Assembly: GCA_947599995.1 (NCBI GenBank)
Contig: CANQFW010000001.1
Coordinates: 1 to 48,535 of the forward strand
Direction: 5' to 3'
Source of the DNA: an uncultured Clostridia bacterium
Lineage (GTDB): Bacteria; Bacillota; Clostridia; TANB77; CAG-508
DNA: 48,535 nucleotides
Each line of letters starts with the position of its first letter. Position 1 is the stretch's first letter. Both the position numbers and the translations under genes were made by a program. Below are positions 1 to 9,493 of this stretch, one piece after another. The notes beneath the pieces are model-generated. The model was given only the letters and a program-made list of their open reading frames with translations, was not told the DNA's origin and ran no database searches.

Positions 1-1
1 A

Positions 2-70
2 AAAGACTATTCATTACAACAAATTCAGAAAATGATTGAAGAACAACCCGGATTTGATATAAATAATTAG
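2..70 (+). CDS. 3' end of an unidentified CDS entering from upstream (...KDYSLQQIQKMIEEQPGFDINN*)
   Basis: Frame 2 is open from the window edge to TAG at 68-70. No function can be assigned from 22 residues. Confidence 0.3.
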   Translation, partial: KDYSLQQIQKMIEEQPGFDINN

Positions 71-237
71 CTAACACATGTATTTTATATAAGTTAGTAT
101 AAACTTTTAGTAGAGATATTTTAGAAAAAAATTGAATAAGAGATACCGATTTGATAGAATATTTTTACAAAACAAAACCCAATATTCAAAGGAGGTATCT
201 CTAATATAAAATATTCGTGAAATATAATGCATAAATG

Positions 238-266
238 TTGACTTCTATGTTTAGTAATGGTATAAA
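238..266 (+). promoter_or_regulatory. sigma-A-type promoter (TTGACT-17-TATAAA, TG at -15/-14)
   Basis: TTGACT at 238-243, 17-nt spacer, TATAAA at 261-266 preceded by TGG. It lies ~40 nt upstream of the next ORF. Confidence 0.5.
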
Positions 267-305
267 AAATATAGAACAATAAATTTTAAAAAATTGGAGA
301 AGTAT

Positions 306-1094
306 ATGGGAGAAATTTTAGAAGAATTTGAAAAAAGAAAAAGTAATTTAATTAGATATAAAGTTACATTAGAAGAAATTTTAAAAAATGCAATCGATAA
401 ATATAATAGCATTCAATCAAGTGAAATAGATAAAAAAGAAGCAAGATTAAAAGTAGCACAAAACATAATTTTCATTAGAAAAAATGCTCTTGCACAAGTT
501 GAAGACCAATTAAAATTTTTAAGACCAAGTGATGAAAAAGATATGGAATATAGATTAAGACAATATTATGAATTTTCAAAGAGAATGAAAGACTTAGTTC
601 CAGAAGACTTACCGTTAAGGTTTCATGGTTGTCCAATATACACAGCAAAACACATTATAGAAAGTGGAGAAATATCATCATCTGTTGATAGACTTGGAAT
701 AGAAACTAGTTATGATACACAAGGTCAAATATCAGTAACTACAAAAGATACATTAGATACTACTATACATAGTTATACTAATTTAACTGAAAAATTTTTA
801 CCTTCTGGTTGTATATTTGTGTTATTGCCAAAAGATGAAATAGATGCAAAAGCGGGTGATTCTATGTTAATGGGAAATGTAAATTTTAAACAAGAGCCTA
901 ATAGATTATATGGAATTATAACAACCCCAGAAAATATCGAAAAAGTGAGTCAATGGGCTAAAGTAAGTGGAATTGATTTAAGCAAAATCCATGATTTTGA
1001 TGAATTTTCCAAATCATTTGAAAGGCAAAAAGATGATATAAAAATAAATCAACCATCAAGAAATTATGTTACACAAGATGATCTAGAAATTTAA
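306..1094 (+). CDS. hypothetical protein (N-terminal coiled-coil-like region plus ~130-aa C-terminal globular domain)
   Basis: Long ORF. ATG at 306 sits 6 nt after GGAG (296-299); the track start (TTG at 294) overlaps that SD. No family recognised. Confidence 0.6.
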   Translation: MGEILEEFEKRKSNLIRYKVTLEEILKNAIDKYNSIQSSEIDKKEARLKVAQNIIFIRKNALAQVEDQLKFLRPSDEKDMEYRLRQYYEFSKRMKDLVPEDLPLRFHGCPIYTAKHIIESGEISSSVDRLGIETSYDTQGQISVTTKDTLDTTIHSYTNLTEKFLPSGCIFVLLPKDEIDAKAGDSMLMGNVNFKQEPNRLYGIITTPENIEKVSQWAKVSGIDLSKIHDFDEFSKSFERQKDDIKINQPSRNYVTQDDLEI

Positions 1095-1267
1095 ATTTCA
1101 AAGAGGAATTTAATAAAGTACCACAAGATATGTAGTAAATTAACTTTCATAAAAATATATTAATGATGTAAGGAGAACTGAAATTTGAAAAAATAACAAT
1201 GGGGAAAAAATGAAAGTTTCTAGCAATATTGTTGAAATTTTATGCTATCCATATATAACAGTTGATA

Positions 1268-1296
1268 TTGACTTAAATTATTAAATTTGTTATAAT
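1268..1296 (+). promoter_or_regulatory. near-consensus sigma-A promoter of ackA (TTGACT-17-TATAAT, extended TGT)
   Basis: TTGACT 1268-1273, 17-nt spacer, TATAAT 1291-1296 preceded by TGT. It lies ~70 nt upstream of the ackA ATG. Confidence 0.65.
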
Positions 1297-1368
1297 ATCG
1301 ACATCATTAGTTTGTAAACATATAATTCAAAAAAATATTATATAAGGAAAATAGGAAAGGAAAAAGTT

Positions 1369-2565
1369 ATGAAAATTTTAGTTGTAAATTGTGGGAGTTC
1401 TTCTTTAAAATATCAATTAATAAATATGGAAGATGAAAGTGTTTTAGCAAAAGGAAATTTTGAAAGAATAGGAGAGAAAGAAGCTTTTTTAACTCACAAA
1501 GTAAATGGAAATGCATATGTTATCAAAAAGGCAGTTACAAATCATACAGAAGCATTAGAAGTAATATTGAAACAGTTTATGAAAGAAGAGTATAAAGTAA
1601 TTGATTCTCTTAAAGAAATTGATGCAGTAGGACATAGAATTGTACATGGAGGAGAGATATTTGATAAATCTGTATTAATAGACGAAGACGTAATTAGTAA
1701 AATAGAGGAATGTGCAAGTTTAGCTCCATTACATAACCCTGCTGCTATACTTGGAATTATAGCATGCCAAAAAGAAATGCCAGGGGTCCCAATGTGTGCA
1801 GTATTCGATACAGCGTTCCATCAAACAATGCCTGTAGAAAATTACATTTATCCAATACCATATGAATTTTATGAGAAATATAGAATTAGAAAATATGGAG
1901 CACATGGTACATCACATCAATATGTCTCAAAAATAGCATCAAAATTAGAAGGTAAACCAATAGAAAACTTAAAAATTGTAACATGTCACTTAGGACAAGG
2001 TGCAAGCATTACTGCTATAGATGGAGGAAAATCTATTGATACATCTATGGGACTATCTCCACTTGGTGGAATCCCAATGGTTACACGTTCAGGAGATCTA
2101 GATCCATCTGTTGTTACAGATATTATGGAAAGAGAAAATTTAACAGCCAAAGATGTAAATACATTATTAAATAAGAAATCTGGTTTATATGGTATTACAG
2201 GATTAAATCCAGATTTTAGAGAAATAGAACTTGCCTCTTATGAAAATGATAAACCAAAAGCACGTATTGCAATTGAATTATTCACAAAAACGATTGCACA
2301 ATTTATTGCAAAATATGCTGTATCTATGGGAGGAATAGATGTTGTTGTATTTACAGGTGGAATTGGCGAAAATCAAATAAATATCAGAAAAAAAATCTGT
2401 AATTACTTAGCTTTTATGGGATTAATAATTGATGAAGAAGCAAATAATGTAAAAGGGAAGGAAACATTAATTACCAAAAATGAATCTAAAATAAAAGCAT
2501 ATATTATTCCAACAAACGAAGAACTTGTAATTGCAAGAGATACAAAAGATTTAATTAAAAAATAG
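1369..2565 (+). CDS. ackA: acetate kinase
   Basis: N-terminus MKILVVNCGSSSLKYQL, internal VGHRIVHGG and EELVIARDT motifs, 398 aa. RBS GGAAAGGAAAAAG upstream. Confidence 0.95.
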   Translation: MKILVVNCGSSSLKYQLINMEDESVLAKGNFERIGEKEAFLTHKVNGNAYVIKKAVTNHTEALEVILKQFMKEEYKVIDSLKEIDAVGHRIVHGGEIFDKSVLIDEDVISKIEECASLAPLHNPAAILGIIACQKEMPGVPMCAVFDTAFHQTMPVENYIYPIPYEFYEKYRIRKYGAHGTSHQYVSKIASKLEGKPIENLKIVTCHLGQGASITAIDGGKSIDTSMGLSPLGGIPMVTRSGDLDPSVVTDIMERENLTAKDVNTLLNKKSGLYGITGLNPDFREIELASYENDKPKARIAIELFTKTIAQFIAKYAVSMGGIDVVVFTGGIGENQINIRKKICNYLAFMGLIIDEEANNVKGKETLITKNESKIKAYIIPTNEELVIARDTKDLIKK

Positions 2566-2585
2566 TAACGAAAAGAGGTACTTTT

Positions 2586-2789
2586 ATGCAAGAACATGTA
2601 CAATTAGAGGTATCATTAGAAGTAATTATGGCTGAAATAGCAAAAACGATGTTTCATCTTACTGAAGTAAATGATAAGAAAGAACAAAAAGAAATAGAAG
2701 AAAAATTAGAAATGCTAATAGGTTTGCAAGAAAACGCATACAAAGGAAATAGACAAGCAATTTTAAAAATATTAAATAGGAAGTTTTAA
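2586..2789 (+). CDS. small helical protein, candidate epsilon-like antitoxin (copy 1)
   Basis: 67-aa ORF with RBS AAGAGGT 6 nt upstream. The stop is 2 nt before the next start. It is a paralogue of the 3807-4031 ORF (shared IAK...KD.KE...Y.GN..I.K pattern). Confidence 0.55.
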   Translation: MQEHVQLEVSLEVIMAEIAKTMFHLTEVNDKKEQKEIEEKLEMLIGLQENAYKGNRQAILKILNRKF

Positions 2790-2791
2790 AT

Positions 2792-3805
2792 ATGGAAAGA
2801 AGAAAAATTTCAATAGATACATATTACAAAATTATAAAAATTTTGCCAGAAAAAATTAAAAATATGTTACCTGAAGAACCACTAAAATTATTAGAATATG
2901 CAACAAGGGTAAAAAAAATGCAAGTGTCTTCTAATGTAGATAAAGATACAGAAAAATTAATGCAAGAGCATTTGTTAAGTGATGAAGAATATTTAAGAAC
3001 TTTTTATTATGTAATGGCAATCAGTTTTTACCATAAGAAACCAGTTGTTAATCCTAATTTAACAATTGTTGCTGCTCAAACTGGTAGTGGGAAAAGTAAT
3101 TTAACGGCTAAAATTTTAAGAGAAAATGATAATTATATATTTGTAGATTCAGATAAATATAAACATTATCGCTTTGATGCTATAGATATCTCAAAGAAAT
3201 ATCCTTTATTATATCCTTTCCTAACAGGACCGGATGCCTATGATCATGCTGAAAATATTTATTCTTATGCATTAGATCATCAATATAATATAATTAAAGA
3301 AACGGCTCCATCTTGCAAAAAGGGATTACTTGAAGTAGATATAAATGAATTAAAACAAAAAAATTATACCATATCTTTAAATATATTAGCTGTTAGTTCC
3401 CTTAATAGTTCTTTATCAACTCATGAAAGATATGAATTGCAAATTATAAGTGAATTACAAACGGCAAAATTAACAGGTTTACAAAGACATAATGAGTCAT
3501 ATGATTCATTAATCCCCAATGTAGAAGAAGCTATTAAAAATAAAGAAATTGAAGTTATAAAGATATATAAAAGAGGAATACTTGAAGAGGAATTTAATCC
3601 TATTCTTCTTTATCCTACTTTGGAATATAAAACTCCAATAGATGCAATAGCTGAGGAAAGAAAAAAAGATTTGTATAAAACTAAAAAAGAGTTTAAAAAA
3701 AGATATGAATTTATATTAAATCAAATGAATAAACGTTTAGCACCAAAAGAACAATACGAGCAATTAGAGAAAATAAAAAAGAACTATACGAGTAGAGGAG
3801 AATGA
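2792..3805 (+). CDS. zeta-toxin-family P-loop kinase (copy 1) with ~95-aa N-terminal extension
   Basis: Walker A AAQTGSGKSNL, then VDSDKY (catalytic Asp region), IIKETAP (Glu of the liiEgT motif) and LQRHNESY. This motif order matches zeta/PezT UDP-GlcNAc kinases. Confidence 0.7.
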   Translation: MERRKISIDTYYKIIKILPEKIKNMLPEEPLKLLEYATRVKKMQVSSNVDKDTEKLMQEHLLSDEEYLRTFYYVMAISFYHKKPVVNPNLTIVAAQTGSGKSNLTAKILRENDNYIFVDSDKYKHYRFDAIDISKKYPLLYPFLTGPDAYDHAENIYSYALDHQYNIIKETAPSCKKGLLEVDINELKQKNYTISLNILAVSSLNSSLSTHERYELQIISELQTAKLTGLQRHNESYDSLIPNVEEAIKNKEIEVIKIYKRGILEEEFNPILLYPTLEYKTPIDAIAEERKKDLYKTKKEFKKRYEFILNQMNKRLAPKEQYEQLEKIKKNYTSRGE

Positions 3806-3806
3806 A

Positions 3807-4031
3807 ATGGAAGATATTGATATAGATATTAATATGGAAAGAGCTATTAATATTGTTATGGATAATATAGCTAAATTAACTAAAAAATTTTCAGTTACAA
3901 AAGATGAAAAAGAAAGCAATGAATTAAAGGACAAAATTAATATATTAAATAAAATAAAAGATGAAATATATCTTGGAAACGAAAATATTATAAAAAAAGT
4001 TATAGAAAAAAATTATAAAGGAATGATATAA
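3807..4031 (+). CDS. small helical protein, candidate epsilon-like antitoxin (copy 2)
   Basis: 74-aa ORF with RBS GAGGAG 6 nt upstream. It is separated by 1 nt from both the preceding stop and the following start. Confidence 0.55.
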   Translation: MEDIDIDINMERAINIVMDNIAKLTKKFSVTKDEKESNELKDKINILNKIKDEIYLGNENIIKKVIEKNYKGMI

Positions 4032-4032
4032 A

Positions 4033-5118
4033 ATGGATGACAAAATTGTTAGAAATATAAGTGAAGATAGTTTAAATGCTGTATTATCAAAATTAAACCC
4101 GGAATTTATAAGAGATTTACCTACTTCTCCTAAGGAACTTTTAAAGTATGCAACGAGAAGAACAGACCCAGTAATTTCCGAGAATATTACATATTCTCTT
4201 GGACAATCTATGCTATCGCATAGATTATCCGATGAAGATTACTTAATTGCTTTCTTACAAGTTATTCATACATTTTTTTCTAATAAAAAAACATCTGACA
4301 ACCCAGAGGCTTCTATTTTAGTATCACAAACAGGTGCAGGAAAAACTAATTTAAGAGCTTTAATACTAAAAGAAAAACCTAATACTATAATTATTAATCC
4401 AGATTTATATAAAAAGTTTAATCCTCAAGTCAAAAAAATATTAAAAGAAGATCCAACACATTTTGGTGCTCTTACTGGAATTGATTCATATGACCATGCT
4501 AATAATATTAGAAATTATGCAATAGAAAATAATTATGATATTTTATTTGAATGTGCTCCATCAGAAAAGCAAGGATTAATAGGAATAGACCTGGAACAAT
4601 TAAATAGTAAAAATTATAATACTCAGTTTTATATTCTGGCAGTAGGAGATTTAATAAGTTCTTTAGCTATACACTATAGGTATGAACATGAATTAAAAGA
4701 TTCTATAAATTTAGGACAAACAAAACTAACAGACTTGAAAAGACATGATGATTCATATAAAGGAGTAATAAATGCATTAAGAGAATTGCCTCCAGAAAAA
4801 GTTAATATATTTGTAAGAGGGCCTAAAAAAAATCCAATACCTAAAAAAATAACAGAACATAGCCAAAAAAAGCAATTGTCAGTAGTTGATCATATTAATT
4901 GTTTGTTACGTGAAAGAGAAAAATCAAATTATGATTATATATTTAGTAATGGTGATTTTAATTTCCAAAGAGATTATAATTTTATAAAAGCATCTATGGA
5001 AAAGAGAGGAGCACCAGAAATGCAAATTCAACAATTAACAGAAATATATAATAGATACATAACTTTTTTAAATTATATGAAATATAAAAATGAAAGTGAA
5101 AATAATATGATTTTATAG
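4033..5118 (+). CDS. zeta-toxin-family P-loop kinase (copy 2)
   Basis: Paralogue of 2792-3805: VSQTGAGKTNL, INPDLYKKF, ILFECAP, LKRHDDSY, and a similar N-terminal region (P.ELLKYATR). Confidence 0.7.
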   Translation: MDDKIVRNISEDSLNAVLSKLNPEFIRDLPTSPKELLKYATRRTDPVISENITYSLGQSMLSHRLSDEDYLIAFLQVIHTFFSNKKTSDNPEASILVSQTGAGKTNLRALILKEKPNTIIINPDLYKKFNPQVKKILKEDPTHFGALTGIDSYDHANNIRNYAIENNYDILFECAPSEKQGLIGIDLEQLNSKNYNTQFYILAVGDLISSLAIHYRYEHELKDSINLGQTKLTDLKRHDDSYKGVINALRELPPEKVNIFVRGPKKNPIPKKITEHSQKKQLSVVDHINCLLREREKSNYDYIFSNGDFNFQRDYNFIKASMEKRGAPEMQIQQLTEIYNRYITFLNYMKYKNESENNMIL

Positions 5119-5120
5119 GA

Positions 5121-5159
5121 AAACAAGAATATGAGCTTTGTTATCATATTCTTGTTTTT
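5121..5159 (+). terminator. rho-independent terminator ending the ackA/zeta gene string
   Basis: Perfect 14-bp stem AAACAAGAATATGA (5121-5134) / TCATATTCTTGTTT (5144-5157), 9-nt loop, running into a T-run. Confidence 0.8.
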
Positions 5160-5280
5160 AAATTCATTTATGTAATAAAAAACATAAATATCGAGAATGC
5201 TTTAAAAGTAGAAAGAAGAAAATCAATTGAAAACGCAAGATAAAAATTATTGCCTGCAGCGTCATTAATGTTTACTACAA

Positions 5281-5955
5281 TTAATCTCTTTCTCCTTTTT
5301 CTACTATTCTTATCTGATTATTTTTTGAATATATATTATAAAAGAAATCATTTTTATTTATGCGACCTAAAATTTTTTTCTTAAGTTTTTCAGAATTTCC
5401 TCTAGTTTTTGAATCTATGTCTAAATTTTCTATACTTTTAAGTTCTTTTAATATAAAAGAATCTTCCATATTAGTTAATTTTGATGCATTTTCTGAATCG
5501 ATAGTTGAGCTCACGGCATCTTTCTTTATTAATAATAAATCAGAATAATCATTACTTATATCATTCATCGTATTAATAAGTGATGAGATATTTTTTGAGC
5601 AAACCTTTAAAAGTGAAAGATAAATCTGATAATCTTCTTTAGAAAGATTATTTTGAATTTTATTAGCAAAATCTGGTTTATATTTTCTAATTTGATTAAA
5701 GGTTTGTTCCCTAAACTCTAGTTCTTTTACAAGTTTTTTATATGCTATTTGCGACTCTTTAATTGTTGATTGTGCAATTTTTTTATTATTTATATATTGA
5801 TCCATTGACATGGTCATAGTTTTATAAGGTATAGGCAAATATATAATAGAATCCAAATTATTTAAAACAAAACCTGTATCATAGTGAATAATTAGTTTCT
5901 TAATACATTGTGAAAGATAAACTTGAAAGATAGATTGTTTCATAATATTTTCCAT
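5281..5955 (-). CDS. hypothetical protein
   Basis: ORF on the minus strand. The ATG at 5955 (MENIMKQ...) is preceded by GGAGG with 7-nt spacing, so the longer track start (5997) is unlikely. No family recognised. Confidence 0.55.
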   Translation of the reverse strand: MENIMKQSIFQVYLSQCIKKLIIHYDTGFVLNNLDSIIYLPIPYKTMTMSMDQYINNKKIAQSTIKESQIAYKKLVKELEFREQTFNQIRKYKPDFANKIQNNLSKEDYQIYLSLLKVCSKNISSLINTMNDISNDYSDLLLIKKDAVSSTIDSENASKLTNMEDSFILKELKSIENLDIDSKTRGNSEKLKKKILGRINKNDFFYNIYSKNNQIRIVEKGERD

Positions 5956-6101
5956 TTTAATTCCTCCAATATAGTTTATTATAATGTATTTATCCAATTA
6001 TGTCAATTTCTTCAAAATATTACAATAAATTATAGCTTGACAAAACGTATAAAATATAATAATATAGTTTCAAAAAAGCTTAAAATAAAGGAGTTTTTGT
6101 T

Positions 6102-7091
6102 ATGAAAAGAATATTAAGTGGCATTCAACCATCAGGAAAATTGACATTAGGAAATTATTTAGGGGCATTAAGAAATTGGGTAAATATTCAAAATGAATAT
6201 GATTGTATGTTCTTTGTGGCAGACCTTCATTCAATTACTGTTACTCAAGATCCAAAAACACTTAATGAAAATATAAAGAGAATAATAATGCAATACATAG
6301 CATGTGGACTTGATCCGAATAAAAGTACAATTTTCATTCAATCACATGTACATGAGCATGCAGAGCTGGGGTGGATTTTAAATAATTCAACATACATGGG
6401 TGAATTAGGCAGAATGACCCAATACAAAGATAAATCTGCAAAACAGCAAAATATAAAGGTTGGATTATTTGATTATCCTGTACTTATGGCAGCTGATATA
6501 CTTTTATATGATGCAGATTATGTACCAGTAGGTGAGGATCAAAGACAACATTTAGAAATGACAAAAACTATAGCGAAAAGATTTAATGCACAATATGGAG
6601 AGACATTTAAAATTCCAGAGCCTTATATATTAAAAGAAGGTGCAAAAATTATGAGTCTTCAAGACCCAAGTAAGAAAATGTCTAAGTCAGATAGTAATCC
6701 TAATGCATATATTTCTTTATTTGACGAAAAAGATGTAATAATAAAGAAATTTAGAAGAGCAGTTACAGACTCTCTAAATACAGTAAGGTATTCAGATGAG
6801 CAACCAGGAATTAAAAATCTTATCAATATATACTCATGTATAACTGGCAAGAATATTCAAGAAATTGAAACAGAATTTGAAGGAACAGGATACGGAAAAT
6901 TTAAAGATACAGTTGCAGATTCTGTTGCAAACAAAATTTTAAGTATACAAGAAAAATACAATCAACTTAACAAGCCTGAAAATGAAAACATTATAAAAGA
7001 AGTATATCAGAAAGGTTGTGAGAGGGCATCAAGCATAGCAAGTAATAAACTTAAACATGTCTATAAATCAGTGGGATTTGTCGTTGATTAA
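6102..7091 (+). CDS. trpS: tryptophan--tRNA ligase
   Basis: SGIQPSGKLTLGNYLGA (HIGH-region equivalent), KMSKSD (KMSKS motif), 329 aa. Confidence 0.95.
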   Translation: MKRILSGIQPSGKLTLGNYLGALRNWVNIQNEYDCMFFVADLHSITVTQDPKTLNENIKRIIMQYIACGLDPNKSTIFIQSHVHEHAELGWILNNSTYMGELGRMTQYKDKSAKQQNIKVGLFDYPVLMAADILLYDADYVPVGEDQRQHLEMTKTIAKRFNAQYGETFKIPEPYILKEGAKIMSLQDPSKKMSKSDSNPNAYISLFDEKDVIIKKFRRAVTDSLNTVRYSDEQPGIKNLINIYSCITGKNIQEIETEFEGTGYGKFKDTVADSVANKILSIQEKYNQLNKPENENIIKEVYQKGCERASSIASNKLKHVYKSVGFVVD

Positions 7092-7171
7092 ATCAATTTT
7101 TATATTGCTATTTCCATAAAAATTTGCTAAAATAATATTAGTGAAACATATGATGAAAGGAAAATATAAAG

Positions 7172-8314
7172 ATGAAAAATAAAATTTCAAATTTTATATC
7201 TTGTTTATTAATAATAATATTAGTATTATTTATAATATCAACAGGAATAATAATATATGTGACGATAAATTCCGAATCAAGTGATGTGATATATGAATTC
7301 GTTGGAGAAGAAAATATATCTAAAGATGATGAAATTGAAACATCAGTTAGGGAAAAAGAATCAAATGAAAGTATAAGTGAAAAAATAAAACAATTATTTA
7401 ATACGACTAATGAATCACAAGAAACATATAATTATTCGACTCAAAATTCGGAAGAAAAATTTTTTTATGAACAATTAAATAGCTATGAAAAAAAAATATA
7501 TAATGGGCTACAAGAAAATAAAAATAATTTAAGATCAGGCACATATGTAATAAACTATGAAAATACTTTTTCAAATATATTAAATAAAGAAAATGGAAGC
7601 GAACTTTTAGGTAACTATTACCAAACAGCAGTAGAAGCATTTACACATGATAATTCAGATTTGTTTTTTTTAAATGTAAACAAATTATATTTAAATATAG
7701 AGACAACAAAAAGGTTTGGAAGTACAACATATAAAGTATACATTGCTCCAAAGGCAAATGAAAATTATTATGCAGATGGATTTTCATCACAAGAACAAGT
7801 GGAAGTTGCTATGAATAAAATAGAAGATACAAAAAATAAATTAGTAAGTACACTTTCAGGAAATAAATATAAAGATATATTGAAGATACATGATTACTTA
7901 ATAGATAATATAGAATACGATCAAACATATAATTCAATAGGTGCTTATAGCATATATGGTGCATTAGTAAAAAAAACAGCAGTATGTGAGGGATATGCAA
8001 AAGCATATAAATATCTACTAAATTCAGCAGGTATAGAATGTGAAATTTTGCAAGGAACTGCAAATAATTCATCTGGAAATACTGAAAGCCACGCATGGAA
8101 TGCAGTATATTTGGATAATAAATGGTATTTAGTAGACGTAACCTGGGATGATCCAATTATAATTGGTGGGGGAATTTTAACAAAAGGAAATAGGTATAAA
8201 TATTTTTTAAAGGGTTCAGATACATTTAAAGCAGATCATAGAGAAGAATATCAATTTACTGAAGGTGGTAAGGTTTTTTCATATCCAGAAATAAGTATTT
8301 ACGATTATAAATAA
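7172..8314 (+). CDS. membrane-anchored transglutaminase-like cysteine protease-fold protein
   Basis: N-terminal TM helix. Cys-His-Asp triad context: AVCEGYAKAY, SHAWNAVYL, LVDVTWDD. Confidence 0.75.
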   Translation: MKNKISNFISCLLIIILVLFIISTGIIIYVTINSESSDVIYEFVGEENISKDDEIETSVREKESNESISEKIKQLFNTTNESQETYNYSTQNSEEKFFYEQLNSYEKKIYNGLQENKNNLRSGTYVINYENTFSNILNKENGSELLGNYYQTAVEAFTHDNSDLFFLNVNKLYLNIETTKRFGSTTYKVYIAPKANENYYADGFSSQEQVEVAMNKIEDTKNKLVSTLSGNKYKDILKIHDYLIDNIEYDQTYNSIGAYSIYGALVKKTAVCEGYAKAYKYLLNSAGIECEILQGTANNSSGNTESHAWNAVYLDNKWYLVDVTWDDPIIIGGGILTKGNRYKYFLKGSDTFKADHREEYQFTEGGKVFSYPEISIYDYK

Positions 8315-8365
8315 AAATATTAGTGCAAGCATTAAAGTAAATTTTATGTACTTGCACTAATATTT
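8315..8365. terminator. bidirectional hairpin terminator between convergent genes
   Basis: Perfect 15-bp inverted repeat AAATATTAGTGCAAG (8315-8329) / CTTGCACTAATATTT (8351-8365), flanked by A/T runs. Confidence 0.7.
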
Positions 8366-8400
8366 ATTTACATTTTTTTGATATAATTAATTAGTAGATA

Positions 8401-9317
8401 TCAGCTTTTGATTATTGTCTTATATAGAGAATTATCTTTGTTAATATGTTGTAGTTCTAATTTTAGATTAGTTTCTAAATCGGAGTCCATTTTAACCAAA
8501 GGGAGTCTTGGTTTACCAAAATCAAAACCAATTAAATTTAAAGCTGCTTTTACTGGAATTGGATTCACTTCAGAAAATAAGCATTTAATAAGAGGAATAC
8601 TATCTATTTGCATTTTCGTTGCAGTTGAAATTTGGCCGTTTAAAAAAGTTTTGAGTAATTTCGTGAGTATATTTTGGCATAATATTTGAAAGTACGGAAA
8701 TAACACCTATTCCTCCTAATGATAAAACAGGTAAAATTTGGTCGTCATTGCCAGAATAAATATGTAGATTATCTTTACAAAGTGAAGCAATTTCAGCTAC
8801 TTGAGATAAATTTCCACTTGCTTCTTTTATTGCTACTATATTGTCAATTTTTGAAAGCTCTTGACAAGTCTTAGGATTTATATTTACTCCTGTTCGGCTA
8901 GGTACATTATAAAGAATTATTGGAAGAGTGGTATTTCTGGCAATTTCCTTATAATGGCATATAAGTCCATATTGTGTAGTTTTATTATAGTAGGGAGTTA
9001 CAATTAAAAGACCATCTGCTCCAATTTTTTCAGCGTATTTAGAAAGTTCTATGCTTTTATCTGTGCAGTTACTTCCTGTTCCTACAATTACGGGAATTCT
9101 TTGCTGAACAACATTAATTGAAAATTTTATGACTTCTTTCCTCTCATCTAGGGTCATAGTTGCTGATTCACCGGTGGTACCGCATATAATTAAGGCATCG
9201 ACACCGCTCAGATATTTGAAATTCAATTAATTTTTTTAGCTCTCTATAGTTTATTCCTGAATCAGTAAATGGAGTTGCTAGAGCTGTTCCACAGCCTTTA
9301 AATAAAATTTTTTTCAA
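8401..9317 (-). pseudogene. dapA: 4-hydroxy-tetrahydrodipicolinate synthase, interrupted by two frameshifts (or two assembly indels)
   Basis: Three consecutive frames together give a complete DapA: (TTG)KKILFKGCGTALATPFTDSGINYRELKKLIEFQIS / SGVDALIICGTTGES...YNVPSRTG...AIKEASG...THEITQNF / LNGQISTATKMQ...NPIPVKAAL. The shifts are near 9205-9216 and in the TTTAAAAAA run at 8639-8647. Confidence 0.85.
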
Positions 9318-9493
9318 AATAAATCACTCCTATCAAAAAAAATAAAAGAATTATTTGGTAGCTACACTAATATATTAAAGTTAATAAAAAATGTTACATT
9401 TAGGTTTTATATTGAATAAAAAGTTTACAATAAAGAAATAAAAACATATTGATTAAGTAACAAAAATAATATAAAATATAAAAAATTAAGGAG

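Noticed and set aside
140-201. An 8-bp inverted repeat (GAGATACC...GGTATCTC) has a 3' arm overlapping an orphan SD-like AAAGGAGGT that is not followed by any start codon.
   Set aside because: I recognised no ORF, no known riboswitch motif and no terminator-like T-run. It could be a remnant or a leader structure, but there is not enough evidence to call a feature.
306-1094. The segment LRFHGCPIYTAKHIIESGEISS in the first ORF superficially resembles the HG...I..G start of PARP/DarT-like ADP-ribosyltransferase folds.
   Set aside because: I could not identify the downstream Tyr and catalytic Glu motifs by eye. The resemblance is a single short motif, so the protein is left as hypothetical.
1210-1284. 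A 24-codon mini-ORF (MKVSSNIVEILCYPYITVDIDLNY*) lies upstream of ackA after GGGG.
   Set aside because: It overlaps the ackA promoter -35 region, is very short, and nothing supports it as coding.
5956-6101. Looked for T-box leaders upstream of trpS and upstream of aspS (46645-46774).
   Set aside because: The intergenic regions are only ~130-145 nt. I could not find the conserved T-box sequence (AANNNGGGTGGNACCGCG-like) or a specifier/antiterminator arrangement.
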